In this document: positions 23,667-36,686 of the stretch, piece after piece
Layout: each line of letters starts with the position of its first letter
Numbering within the stretch: the stretch's first letter is position 1
From: Ginglymostoma cirratum
Taxonomy: Eukaryota
Length of the DNA stretch: 58,505 nt
NCBI GenBank assembly: GCA_024137785.1
Contig: JAHRHZ010000116.1
Location: forward strand, 698,338-756,842
Direction: 5' to 3'
The notes under the pieces: generated by a model
What the model was told of the DNA's origin: nothing
The model's input: only the letters and a program-made list of their open reading frames with translations
Databases searched by the model: none
Position numbers and translations under genes: made by a program

Positions 23667-26059
23667 GCTTCCTGACACTGTCTTCAATGAAACAGTCTGC
23701 TCTCCTGTCACTCACTGAAAAAGCAGATCTGCAGACTGTTGGCCTCTTATCCACATCCACAGGGTTTTAAGAATCAGATGAAGAGGGGGTGGGTGTGAGA
23801 ACATTAGAGATTGGCTGTCTGCCATTGACGTCTGATGTAAATACATGGGGTTTCACTTCTGATATAAATACATGGGGAGTTGGCCATAGTCACCGCGCTG
23901 GCGAGCAGCACTATCTCGTTGCGGATTTTGGCGAATGTGTGAATTGGCAGTCGCTGACTGATTTTTTTTTACATTTCAAAAATATAATTTATTCATAAAA
24001 ACAACAATATGTGCGTAAACAGTCTTTAGCGCATTTCCGTCCAATACATAGCATATGAAGAAACAAGCAAACATTGGATTCAGACCCAATCTGGTAAATA
24101 ATCTCAAGCCATTTCCGAATGATTTCAGGGTTTACTTAAATATATTAGACGCATAACGAGAATCCAACAAGTGAAACGATCCCCATTTACCTTCGGCAGA
24201 AAAAGACTCTTTTTTTCTCACTTTCGTTTCCAATAGGTCTACCGATTAGCCTTCCATGACAAAATTACATTTCTAGAGCATTGGGGTTGACTGTTACCCA
24301 CTGACGTTTCATGCAGAAACTTTCCAAAAGCTTTCTGAAAATTCAAATACAGTGACTTAATGTTACCTGTTCTACCAGTTAGATCTCTAAAATTAAACCT
24401 CCAGTAAATTTCAAAAGCATGATATTCCTGCCAAAAAATAGTTATGTCCAATTCCATTAAATCTTTACAAACGTTTTGTTTTCCCTATCTTTCGAGAGGT
24501 ATGTAAACGTTACAAGGGGGTTGGGGATCACTTGCAGATAGTTTAATTCAGCAGCAGTTCAAAGTGATATGGAACGAATTGCCTGATTGGATGCTGCAGA
24601 CTTTCCAACGATCTTTCGTCAAATTGTAGACAAATAGTTCCAGGAATTAAAATATTTGAGAGTGTACTTACGAGACATTAGGGGAAAACAATTGGCTGAA
24701 TCATGCGTGTCAGGAGTGGCAATGCAGCTGGGGCCCAACTGATCACATATGAAGGGCTTCCATTCTGTTCCTTGAATTTACTGACGATGTGGGAAGTTTC
24801 TGGGATTGTAACAACAGAACAGAAAACAAATCTTCGATCTATTACATCCACCATGTCTGTGTCAACAGCTTCAGAGTTTGCAGCAAATACACAGAATTTA
24901 AAATGCAAAGAAACTGCAAAACACATGAACGGAACAATCGTTGCAAGAGACAACAAACAGCATGTTTACATACCTACCAATATGTGTATGTGTAGGTGGT
25001 GTATAATGCTTCCTGGGTACATGAATATTCTGTCATATGTATGTATGTGTGTGAGCGTGTGTGTGAGCGTATGCGTGTGTTGGCATTTTCGTGCAGAACT
25101 TTCCAGACCTCGTCAGGACCAAATGTCATGTGGAAACAGGCTGATTTGGAAACCTGTGTGGGAACAAAGAAAAGCGATTGACTAAATTTTACTGAACTCC
25201 ACATTGCTTATTTAGAGACGCACATAATGCAGTTTCTGTCCCTGTATGTGCTGATGCTGTTGTCGTTTTGAAAGTTGCTGTGTTCTGCTGCTCTCCCGCT
25301 GATCGAATCCTTGGTTAGTCTCACCTTCCTCTTGTGCAGTTATGGATGGAAGAGAGTGGAACTGCATAGTGTTGAACTGAAGGGAGTGAATCAGAGAAAG
25401 AGACCTGGAGATTTTTTGCATTAGTTCGTATACAATCATCACTGCAATAGCTTAATCTGACAAAACAAGTGCCAGCTGCCACCTGCGGGTGAAAGTTTCT
25501 GTTCTTTTGTACATTTCCAAAGTGACACTGAGATCAATAGAACAATACATAGCAGAACGTACACAACCATCGAAAAACAAATGCAAAACTTCAACACAAC
25601 TATGCACAAGTGAAGGCTGATAGAGATCCACACACCCATAAACGGTAGCATTTACACGAGAATGCACATCAGCAATCTAGGCCTTTGTTTTTAGGTTCGT
25701 GTGTCGGTAGAGGTATGACAACTAACCTTCCTGCTATGATTGGTTGCAAATTATAGAAAGTAGATTCCCTGTTTATTTCAGTGTTGTTGCGCTGTCAAGA
25801 GATAATGAAGATGGTGGTGCGATTAACATTGACTTTCTTCAACCTAAATGCCATAAACTGAATTGAGCTACACTTCAGATTCTCATCTCAAAACATCATG
25901 TGATCTTCACAAATTTCCTATTTGGATCTGCATTTTTACTGGATTTGTAAAAGGTGCCTTAATTTTTGAAATTTGGAAGATAATCAAAAGAAAAATATGA
26001 CACCACCTTCCAAACTAACATCCACTCCATCTCGAAAGATACCTGCAGTGGATACGTGG

Positions 26060-26191
26060 CGCCACTCTTCACCGGGCCATAAACAGAGCTCTTTGATCAT
26101 TGGAAACATCTTTTGGGACGATTCTGCTGCCTATCACCGCCCGGTGATCAGCACTGTGCCATAACTCAAAAGGGCAATCAGTGCAGATACT
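26060..26191 (+). pseudogene. 5'-truncated ghost V (FR3 plus RSS)
   Basis: SLIIGNIFWDDSAAYHRPVI; CACTGTG-24-GCAGATACT. Confidence 0.7.
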
Positions 26192-26267
26192 CTCGGCAGA
26201 CAGGAGCCCGGCCGAAAGTTTCGGTGTCTGGACATTAGCAATATTACAACAATCACGGACTGAAAGT

Positions 26268-26478
26268 GAATTTTGTTCTGTGTTGAAATATGACTTGAGT
26301 CATCATTGGTGAGAACCAAAGTGTGTCCATTTTTTAAGCTAAATTTCCAGTTTAATATAGAAAGACAGCTGAAGAGCCCTTGAATCTGACTTTGACTCTG
26401 TTTACAGAATTTTGTTCTGTGTTGAAATATGACTTGAGTCATCATTGGTGAGAACCAAAGTGTGTCCATTTTTTAAGC
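26268..26478 (+). repeat. Perfect 72-bp direct repeat flanking an exact 66-bp copy of 27701-27766
   Basis: 26268-26339 = 26407-26478; 26341-26406 = 27701-27766. Confidence 0.9.
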
Positions 26479-27298
26479 GAGGCATTCGAAGATGTTTTAG
26501 ACACCTGTAGAGCAGGTGACACCAGAATTAGGACCTATTTGACCGATAAGTAGGGCCATTGCCACTACAAATCAGTTACAACTCAGAATCTCAACTGTAA
26601 CTCTCCTGGGCTATTGCCATTCAGGGTAATGATGATATTGAAGGTTAATCGCACGTCTTTCATCATGTCTTATTGACAGGAGTGAATCATAAAAATAAAC
26701 AGTGGCTCTCCTCTTTTTGATGCACACCAGACCAAAGCAGGAAGTGGAGTGGGTATACTCCCATTCACATACGAAACGAAAACAAAGTCCAGGGATCAAT
26801 TACACACCACTCCAGATAAACCTGGAGAACAGCAGTGCAGTCTGTAGAGACATATGCATGTAAAAATAACTGAAAAGAACACTCGTTAAATTGAGATTGA
26901 ATAAACTCTCATGTAACTGATTTTTAGGTGTATTATGGAGTTTACAATCAAATTAAAGTTGAGTTCATTAACATGTGGAGAATGTCTAAGAAGGGGAGAA
27001 TGAAATTGAAATTTAGTGCAAAGAAAGAGAGATGCAAACAGAGGGCAATAAAGATGGCACTGTGCATCCTGGAAAAAAGCCAACAGGGGAGACTGATAAA
27101 AGTGAGTCGGTTGGCACTGACACAGAGAAAAACGAAGAAAGGGCTTTAGGTTCTGGCCTGACGGTACTGCAACTACGAATCGTGAAAATCACCAGAAGAT
27201 CAGTCAAATGGAGACCAGCAGCAGACACCACCACCAAATCTAACAGCAGCATAAATACACGCGAGCATACGCAAACAAACACACACAGACACACACTC

Positions 27299-27329
<31 letters not shown>

Positions 27330-27534
27330 AACTCACACTCAGAACACAGAAACAGAGAGAGAGAGACAGTCAAAGTAGAAAGACAACTGAGGAGCCATTT
27401 TTGAGGGGCAGTGTGACAATGGATGAATAACACATGCAGTTACATTATTAACACTGTATCAACGTATGCATTTACCTAAATCTCGCTCTTTCAGCCTTCG
27501 TGTCCAGATTATCCCTGAGTGAATTTCCATTCAT

Positions 27535-27690
27535 CAATCTGTCTATTCCTCCATCTATCTTTCTTTCTGTCTGTCTATCTACCTATCTGTCTCTCTGTCT
27601 TTCTATCTGTCTATCTATATATCTATCTATCTATCTATCTGTCTGTCTATCTATCTATCTATCTATCTATTTATCGATCTATCTATCCTT
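27535..27690. repeat. (CTAT/CTGT)n tetranucleotide microsatellite
   Basis: Direct inspection. Confidence 0.9.
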
Positions 27691-28635
27691 ATAGCTATCA
27701 AAATTTCCAGTTTAATATAGAAAGACAGCTGAAGAGCCCTTGAATCTGACTTTGACTCTGTTTACAACGATCAGAATCAATCTATTGTGAGATCTATCGA
27801 TTGTGTAAGAGAAAGCATGCTTCCTCGAAGTCAATCTGAGCAAACATACCTTCTTGAAAAACAAAACATGGACAATGATTCTGGTAAATTGACGTGGGGT
27901 AGTGGAAAGGGGTTTTCAGAATAACTGTAATCCTCACAAAGCGAAGCAAAGTACAAAGGAGATTTTAAAATATAAACAATGAATTTATGAATTTCAGTTG
28001 ATTTTGCAACTTGAGATAAGAAAAGACTCTACACTGCTACTTTGTGTGAGTTGTTGATGTTTTCGGTTTGAATGGTGTCATTCCTTGCTGCTCTTTCCCG
28101 AACTGAATCCATGGTCAGTTTCACTTTTCCCTTGTGCAGTAAAGGACATCCACCAGAACAGGGTAGAACTGCATTGCGTTGAACTGAAGGGCGGGAAACA
28201 GGGATAAACACTGTGAGAAACAAAAACAGAAATGGCTGGAATTTCTCAGCAGGTCTGCCAGAATCTGTGGACAGAAATCAGAGATAAAGTTTCAGCTTGA
28301 ATGACCCTTCCTGAGAACTAACTTCTCTCCACAGACATTTGCACAAAGTGAATATTCATAACCTGAAACTGAAACATGGCGGGATAATGCGAAGGGTATA
28401 AGTGCCTTTTTTTTTTAAACTACCAGGCAGACAAGCAAGGATTGTGAAGAGAACAGACTGAACAAAAAATAGATTGGGAAGAAAAAGGATGTGTGAATAC
28501 TTACTACGGTAAGCCCATTGGAATGAACGTTCAGTTTCCCTAACGGGAATTCCAATGTGTTTCCAGGGAGCCAGAAGTATGCTCCCTTATCTCCTATCAT
28601 CATTCCTCACATGGGGACGTAATTCTGTATTACAG

Positions 28636-28945
28636 AAATGCAGGCCAAAGTACGGATCACACAGTCGCCTGTTGCATTAGTAGCTGTGGAAGGCCCCTTG
28701 GTGGCAAAGATCTGCAGTACCAGGACATTGCTCAGCTTTGCAAAGTGGTACAGGTAGCATGGTGGAGGGGAGACAAATCTTCTGATCACCGCCTCTATCT
28801 GCGTAGAGGATTTGGGACACTCTTCACCAGAACAGAAACGTAACACATTCATCATCAGAAACATCAGGAGGAAGGATACTCTGATTTACCACTGCCTGGT
28901 GATCATCACCATGTAACAACTCAAAGGGCAAACAGTATAGATACT
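28636..28945 (+). pseudogene. 'Ghost' TRAV-like V exon with RSS
   Basis: ITQSPVALVAVEGPLVAKICSTRTLLSFAKWYR*...IRNIRRKDTLIYHCLVI; CACCATG(28907)-23-ATAGATACT(28937). Confidence 0.8.
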
Positions 28946-29833
28946 CCAGGCAGACAGGAGTCAGACTGACAGCTTTGCGATCTGAGCATCAACAATCTTA
29001 CGGAGCAGCAACAATCAGTGACTGAAAATGAATTATGTGAAACTACCTTGTTCAATGTGGTAATATTGTGTGATTCGACATTGGTGAGAATCTAAAGCGC
29101 GTCCATTTTCGAAGCAAAGTGCTCTTAGATGTTATTAGACACATCTATAGGAGGTGACACGAGAACTGCAATCAATTGGAATCCGAGGGACGGACTCTAC
29201 CACTGACATCAGTAGATCCTCAGCGACACACAACAGCTACTGATCTGTAATTCATCCAGTTGTTTTCCAAACAGGAGCATGAGGATAATCAATGCTAATC
29301 GTACCTCCATCTTCATGTCCTGTTCGCAGGAGTGCAACTTCGAAACAGAAAAAGATTCTGCTCTTTAAAGTGTACTACAGGCCTACGAAGGAAATGGAGC
29401 ACGGTGCACTTGCATTAATACATGAACTGAAACCAAAGAACCGAGATCACTTTTTCAACACTTAATTTAAACATACAGGATAGTAGCATACTCAGTAACG
29501 CGAGTTATTATATGGAAAAAGCTGCTGAAAAATCTCTTTAAAGTGAGATTTTAAAAATCGTCCTGTAACTGTTTTTCGTTCCATTACAGAGTCTCCAATC
29601 AAATTGAGATAGAATTCAGTAATATACAGGGAAACAAAAAGAAGTACAAATGAAGCTGAAACTCAGATGAATGACAGTGTGACGCCAACAGAGGGGGCTG
29701 AAGATACCAGGAAAGCGAGATTCATATAAAGTACACAGCGAGTAGAACTGAAAAATTAACTGTTATACTGACTCTCCACATAGCATACGTTATCTCTCTC
29801 TTTCTCACTCACTCACAAACATAGACACACACA

Positions 29834-29884
<51 letters not shown>

Positions 29885-30229
29885 GAAGAGAGAGCGGGAG
29901 GAATAGAGAGCTTGGTGCCATGTTGTGTTCTGACCAGGTAAACACAATTCTACGTGATCACATCGCTGATGAAAGGATAAATTCAGCATCCCCTCAATAC
30001 ACTCGAATCAGCATTTTCAGTGACACCAATTTTAAAAGCCCGGCCGTGATGAACTGATGCTGTGTTTCCAGATGCTCCCATTTCATTCCTTCATTGTCAG
30101 GGCGACATGTCTGCGAGCTCAGAACCTGCACTTTCTTTTCTCAGCAGATACAAGAAACACTTGGTTGGCAGTTTAATGCTATATGAGAACGGTTTTCTCA
30201 ACAAATACAAGAGTCTATGGTCTAAAGGC

Positions 30230-30715
30230 AGTTTTTGCACAGGGTAAAGACTGTTTATCATGACTTCGTGCCCAAGCACGCAGAAATAGACAGCAGTGTC
30301 AGAAGGATCCCGGTGATTGTCAAACTGGTGAATTTCTTCGAGATCTGAAGTTCTATCGAGAAGTGACTTTTAGCAAAATCGGCTTTATTCTCATTATCAG
30401 TAGTAGTTTTCCTCAGTATATATTCAGGATTGGTGCCTGGATGTTGTGAGTACCAATATGACCTGTAGGAGCTCAATGTTGTATCATAGGTACAATTTAG
30501 AGTCACCGCCTCGCCTTATGGATGAACATCTGAGGAAACTGAGTGAATAACAAAATTTCCATGACTCAGGTCTGAACGGAAAACGAAATGTTAATTTCAA
30601 ATTATTACCTCGCATCAATTTAAAATATTATTGTTAAAGGAATGTGAATTGGAGTTCCTCCAAATAGACCTATTAGCATTGATACCCACACACCCCAAAT
30701 GTTGAGTAGCCACAT
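30230..30715 (-). pseudogene. TCR alpha/delta V pseudogene: leader 30670-30715, V exon ~30269-30571
   Basis: Leader MWLLNIWGVWVSMLI; TAA stop in FR1; TLNCTYDTTLSSYRSYWYSQHPG...KKFTSLTITG; FR3 frameshift; heptamer destroyed; nonamer GCAAAAACT. Confidence 0.88.
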
Positions 30716-32721
30716 TATCTCGACTTTCGGCGTAAAACAGATGACGAATATTTGAGGAAACCCACTCGATAAACATGCCCTTCGTAAACTGCTGACGTGT
30801 CACTACAGGTTTCCACCTCACTTCCTTGTGGACGCGCTGGTACACTGAGGGCAGGAGGAAGACAGCAGCCTTTCAGTGAATTGACACATCTCGAGATGGG
30901 TTGCACTCACTGTACTTAAAATAGAGAGGTGAGAATTTTGACAGATTGACTTCCATCCTTAACAAGTAATTCCCCAGATTCACTGTACAATTTACTCTCA
31001 AGGCTCTGTTTCTTTTTTCCTGTCCCACATCCCAACTTGACGCGAGTTGTTGATCTTAGCCAATTTATAGCTGCACCTAAATTTGCAACACCGTCATTCC
31101 TGATGTTCGCAGCCTAAGCACAATCCTGGCAGATCCGCAAACACTCCACTCTCAAACTAACTCACGTTCGATATCACTGGACTCAATGTCAGCGTTAACT
31201 CAACAGTATCTCTCCTAACACTTTTCCCAAATCCTCGATTATCCTCCTTATCTGATGCTGCATCGCGGCCTTCAGGCTGAAGATTATTACTTTCTCCCTC
31301 TGTTAGTCCGGCTCAGCATTCCTCGCTGAGCTCAAGTTTCACTTTCCTTCCTCCCACCTGTCGGTGTTTTTCTGACTTACTGAACGCAGAGTCCTCATAG
31401 AACAGGATTCACTGTACTTATCATTGTTATATTCCGGATCTCCCATTCCAGCAGGCTCTGTCTGTCTGTGTGTGTGTGCGTGCCCGCGCACTTGTTCGTA
31501 TGTGTGTGCATCCACTCGAGCGAGCATGCACGTGTGTCTCTTTGTTCAATGCAAGATTTTTTTTGGTCTTTGATGTTATTTGAAATGTTGAAATTGCTCT
31601 TCAATTTGCGTTTAAAGTGAGACAGCGTCACCCTCTGCTGGTGCTGTGAAGCTACTTCACTTGCGCAAAGTGAAAATCGTCACAGAATCAGTCAGAAAAT
31701 CAGGAGCAAACAGCAGCTTTTAACCAGCAGATACATCAACACACACACATGCAAGAAAATTATAGGGATTAAAGTCGGCCACTGTGAAGATTCCAGCGGG
31801 TTCTGTGTGGCAATTAGACAGAGAGTCAGTGTGGAGAGCACATATAACCTCATCGTGTGAATTATATTTGTACAGAGGCAGCTAATGAATACCACTCAGG
31901 ACCTTAAATGTTTCAGTTCAATCATGTCTGTCTCTTGTAAACGCCAGATAGAAGCCAAAGATATCTAGTGTTACTACCTGTGTCTTTCACTTGAATATAA
32001 TTAGCACCCAGGCTCTTTAATAATTTATACAAAAGATTATTTCCCTCTCAGAGAAGAAATACTTCCTCATCTCTTTCTTGGATGTTTTACTCTTTATTCT
32101 GAGATTGCTTCTACTTGCCTTCTTCCCCATGAACTTTCCATCACGTATCTTTGCAACAATAAGACTTGAAGGTCTGCTCCAGGAATCAAAGTTAAAGAGA
32201 CACTAAAACAACATGACAAGAACCCTCCACATCACTCGCTTATATTCTGACAGTATTCTGATGCTAATAAACACAAAGCATTCCTCTTTACACTTTAGAA
32301 TTTAGGAGTGGAAATGAATGTCGGGTCTGTTAATTGCAACGAACAAACCAAGAAATTAAGCAAGCTTTCCAGCATTCGGATAACAGCTGAAGTAAAACCT
32401 GCCATTGAGCGGAATCGGACTTTGTGTTTGCTTTTCGGATCAGCCTCGTTACATTTTCAAAATCTGTCCCATGTGTACAAAACATTCCTGATTCAGAGCC
32501 TCACACTGAGTAATTACTATTTTACCTAACAGTGCGTTGTTTACGCTGGGGAACTGATGTGGACGATGTGGAAGGCATTGTTCTGAATGACACATGGGTG
32601 AACGAAGGAAAGCAAAGGACACAGGAAACATTACAAAACGGTCAGTGAATTTGTGATTGTCAGCTGGACATATGAGCTGAGCGGAGTAAAGGCTGCACAC
32701 TGTCCATGTCTTAGATTTGTT

Positions 32722-32938
32722 ATAACAAGGCGTAGAACACAGATGGCCAAGCAGCATCAGAGTAGAAGGAAGGATGAAGTTTCAGGCCTAGGCCCTTCTT
32801 CAGAAAATTTTCTGAAGAAGGGTCGAGGAACGAAACGTCAGCCTCCCTGATACTCTGATGCTGCTTGGACTGCTGTGATCATCCACCTCCACACCTTTTT
32901 ATCTCAGGTTCTCCACCATCTGCAGTTTCTGCTATTTA
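32722..32938. mobile_element. Fold-back short element, probably Penelope-derived, with 9-bp target-site duplication AGATTTGTT; related fragments at 1-50, 6665-6787, 28220-28335, 50778-50915
   Basis: TSD at 32713-32721 and 32939-32947; empty site at 4923-4931; central 30-bp perfect palindrome; CTGAAGA...GAAAC motifs. Confidence 0.7.
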
Positions 32939-33131
32939 AGATTTGTTGATGCTTTCAGTTTGAATGGTGTTGTTTGCTGTTGTGATCCCACTGCTTGGTT
33001 TGCCATTGCTCTTGCGCAGTAACAGACATTCACAGACATTTCTATACTCATAGGCAAATTCAGAAATTCACACAAACACACATACATGCACAAACAGTTA
33101 GAAGTGTGCTGTGTTGTGCTCTCAACAGATA

Positions 33132-33785
33132 ATTTTATTATTATTATTTTATTCTCATGTGTACGGAACTAATGTGAAAAGCTTTGTTTACGAGCTGTAA
33201 AAACAGATCGTAGTAAGCAAATGGTGTACAGATCAAAAATAGGTAGACAGAGCATACCAATTTTATGTGACAGGATGCGCACGATGCAAGAGCCAGATGA
33301 GCAAGACCAGCATTAGTTGAGTCCAGACAGTTCATTTATCCGTCTTATAAAGGCCAGAAAGAAGTTATTCCTGAAGCTGATCAACCTCTGCCTGATTGAA
33401 GAGATTCTAGGCAATCATTACAGGATTTCAATCAGTCTTTGATAATGATGGTAGCCTTTGTGCAGCAGACACCAGGTAAATGGATTCCATGATGGAAGCT
33501 TGGCTTCCATGCTTGTCTGGGCTGTGCACACCGCTTTCTGTAGTTTCTTACGGTCTTGGGAAAATCTTTTGCAATTCCAGGCTGTCAAGCACCAGAGCGG
33601 TCTACTTTTAATGATGCATCTGCATTGGTGACATACTTCCTGGGCTTGGAAAATTTAAATCGAGTCGCTGGAGGAAGAAGAGGTGTTGTTGTGCCTTCTT
33701 GACAGTTGTATCTCTATGGAATGTCGAGGACAGGTATTGGCTGTCGTCACTCCAAGTGACTTGATCTCTTCACCCTCTCAACGTT
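33132..33785 (-). mobile_element. Rex1/Babar-type fragment, paralog of 4081-4738
   Basis: Reverse complement of 4081-4738 at the same insertion site. Confidence 0.8.
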
Positions 33786-34220
33786 AGTTCTATGTGATGA
33801 CATCGATGTTGGGAGTGTTGATGCACTATTCCCTCAATAAAATCAAATCATCCACTCTGAAAGCCCGCCATGAATAAATTGTAATCGTGTCTCTTAATAC
33901 TCCCTGGCATGTGTGGAACTTATGTGAATCTTGTAAATGCACAGCTCTGTCCAAACTCACTATGTGCAGATAAAGACGACAGAAAATTGTTGTTAGTGGA
34001 GATTTGAAAGGTAGTTTTCAAATATGACTTTGTTCTGGTTTTTGTGAGCACTCGGACACTTTAGTTTATATTCTCATCTGCTCCCTGAAACAGTTGGGTG
34101 ACAGTTTGAATCGTGGTTAATTTAGATTCCTATCGGTGCGATTTTAAATTTCTAACAGTATATTACAATAACACTAAATTTACCCAAACTCCCATAGAGA
34201 GACCATCTATGATTCACAGA

Positions 34221-34708
34221 AGTTTTTGTACAGCGGTGAGACTGTTTCTCTTCACTGTGTCATTCCTGAATGCGCAGTAGTACACGGCAGCGTCAGTCAG
34301 CTGCAGCCCAGTTATAGTCAAACTTGTGAATTTCTTCGAGGTCTGAAGTTCCATAGAGAAACGATCTTGTGCAAAATTTGCTTTATCATTAGAACCACCA
34401 GTATCTTTGAGCATAATAAAGTCAGGACGTGTGTCTGGTTGCTGTCGGTACCAGAAGAGTGTATAGTAGCTCACTGTAGCTTCATAGGTACAACTTAGAG
34501 TAACCACGTCTCCTTCTGTCCGAACTTCTGAGGAGAATAACTGAGTGACAGAATCTCCATAACTCAGATCTGAAATGAAAAGCATAAATCAATTGGAAAC
34601 TGTCGAGCTGGGGTCAGTTTCACCTATGCCTTGATGAAGAAATGTGGAATGTTCACACTTACCTGTTAGAATTGCTACCCACAGAACCGAGATGCAGAGA
34701 AGTCGCAT
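34221..34708 (-). CDS. Intact TCR alpha/delta V segment: leader 34663-34708, V exon 34260-34569, RSS 34221-34259
   Basis: Leader MRLLCISVLWVAILT with GTAAGT donor; DLSYGDSVTQLFSSEVRTEGDVVTLSCTYEATVSYYTLFWYRQQPDTRPDFIMLKDTGGSNDKANFAQDRFSMELQTSKKFTSLTITGLQLTDAAVYYCAFRN; RSS CACAGTG-23-ACAAAAACT. Confidence 0.95.
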
Positions 34709-36431
34709 TGTCGCTGTCCTGTGTGAAATATGGCACTCGGATATTTGAAGACATCGATTCTATAACCCCGCCCGCGGTTAAAAATTGTCGTGTCACTCGA
34801 CGTTCCCACTTCACTGCCTTGTGTGGGCGGTGATGCTATTGGGGCGAGAAGAAGACAGTAGACTGTGAAAGAATTGACACATCCCCAGTTGATTACAGTC
34901 ACTGCGCTTAAATTGGAGCATCAAAAACTCTGAAAGATTAACTTACTTCCATGATAAGAAATCCCCAAATATCACTTAAGCGTTTACCCTGAAGACTCCT
35001 TTTTCCTTTTCACTGATCAAATCTCCAGTTGAAGCCAATTTTTCTTTTTAACCAGTTTGTGGGAATGCGGGTACACAGTTGACGCCAACCCTGTGATTTC
35101 AACCATAACTGCGTCCTCTCAAATTATATCCCTCAAATTCCACATTCTACATTAAAGTAGCCAAACTCAGCCTTATCCAGCGTTATCTCCATTATGATTT
35201 TCACTAAGTTCTCCTTTATTCTGCTCGTCTATTGCTCTTTCTCTGTTCTCAGGCTCAAGATTATCACTCTCACTCTCTGTTAGTCCCTCTCAGCTTTCTT
35301 TTATGAGCTTACTCTTACCTTCCTTCATCCCTTCTGTGTGTTCTTTCTGACTCGCTGAAAGCAGAGGACTTGTATGGCAGGAATCACTGTATGATTGAAA
35401 AATTTTGCAGTCCCAATCTTCAGTTCGAGCAGTAAATGAGAACGCGCACATTTGTGTACGCACGTGTGCTTCTGTGCATGAAGGTTCACCTCTCTGTGTG
35501 ATAGGATCTATTTGTCAGTGCTTTCACAAAGTCAATGACTTTCTGCGTTGCATTTCAACTTGCTTTGAAGTGGCACTGCGCCATCCTTAGTTGTCGGCCT
35601 GAATTTGCTACAATCGCACGGAGAAAATAGCCAGTAAATCAGTCGGATAACAGCAGTAACAGACATCAAATCCAATCTGACAGCAGCGTCAGCACACATA
35701 TATAGACAAGGAAGGGTAGATCAGGCTCATTGCATTGTGAGATCTGTACAATGTGTACAAACCATCCCTGATACAGAAACTCACATTGATAAGTGTACTC
35801 TCTTCACAAACTGTCGATTGTTAATACAGGAAACTGAGATAACAGATGTGGAAACGATTTTTCAGAATGAAAGGAAATGAACAAAGACAATGAAAGGACA
35901 AAAGAAATATGAGAATATCGCCAGCGAATTTATGAATGTCAGCTGGATATTCAAGTACTGTCAACATAACATAAAATTAGTTTGCTTTATTCCTTTGCTG
36001 ACGGAGGCAGCGAAATGAGTGTGAGTAAGCATGCCTTGTGTTTATCAATATCAGAATATCGTCAGTATGTGAGCTAGCTGCATGGGGGAACTTGTAACGA
36101 TATAGCAGTGTCCCTCTTTAGAGTAGAGAGGCACATCTTCAAGACACACGTGCTCAAGAGGTGTGCAATGCAACGTCGACTGGGTAGACACGGAAAAGTC
36201 GTTTCACCCTATGAGATATTCGAGGAGGGACAGGCAAAATTGCAGAATAAGGAGTGAAGAATTTAGGACAGAAATGAGTAGACATTTCTTCTCTCAAAGG
36301 GAACAGAATCTAGTATAATTTATCAAACAATCTAAATGATCATATGTTTATATCTGATATCGACATGGAAAGACCATGTACCGGGCTTGTATCATCTGGA
36401 GGTTTCAAGAATCAGTTTTGTGAACAATAGA

Positions 36432-36582
36432 GGAGAGTGCCTGAGTTACAGAATCTCCATGATTCAGAACTAAAAGGTAAAACATACATCAGTTGATAAG
36501 TGTCAGACTGGGCTCAGTTTAAACTACGATTTGGTAAAGGAATTTGTAATGCATTTCCTCCACATTTACCTGTTAAGTTGTT
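36432..36582 (-). pseudogene. Fragment of main-family V (leader 3' end, intron, start of V exon HGDSVTQ)
   Basis: GAGTTACAGAATCTCCATGA and intron sequence match 58010-58140; truncated at both ends. Confidence 0.75.
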
Positions 36583-36594
36583 CCACAAGCACCC

Positions 36595-36686
36595 CATCAG
36601 CATCATAAAGAGGGTGCAAAGGCCATCTACTTCTGCACTGATATCATCATCGTGATACAACACAGTAAACAGCCTGTACAGAAACC
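36595..36686 (+). pseudogene. 3' remnant of ghost V with RSS
   Basis: AIYFCTDI followed by CATCGTG-23-ACAGAAACC; downstream flank matches other ghost copies (GACAGGAGCTATAC). Confidence 0.7.

Larger units (their letters stand above)
6790..27000. repeat. Tandem 5-7 kb cassettes: three with an Ig-like V (~6790-11780, ~11780-17430, ~17430-24480) plus a partial fourth
   Basis: Recurrent homologous blocks, e.g. CAGAAATATTTCTC at 7991, 12438, 18961 and AAAGCTTTCTGGAAATTCAAAT at 11632, 17281, ~24327. Confidence 0.88.

Noticed and set aside
23825-23878. CRISPR-like or prokaryotic features
   Set aside because: Only two adjacent units with no spacers, in a eukaryotic intron-containing locus
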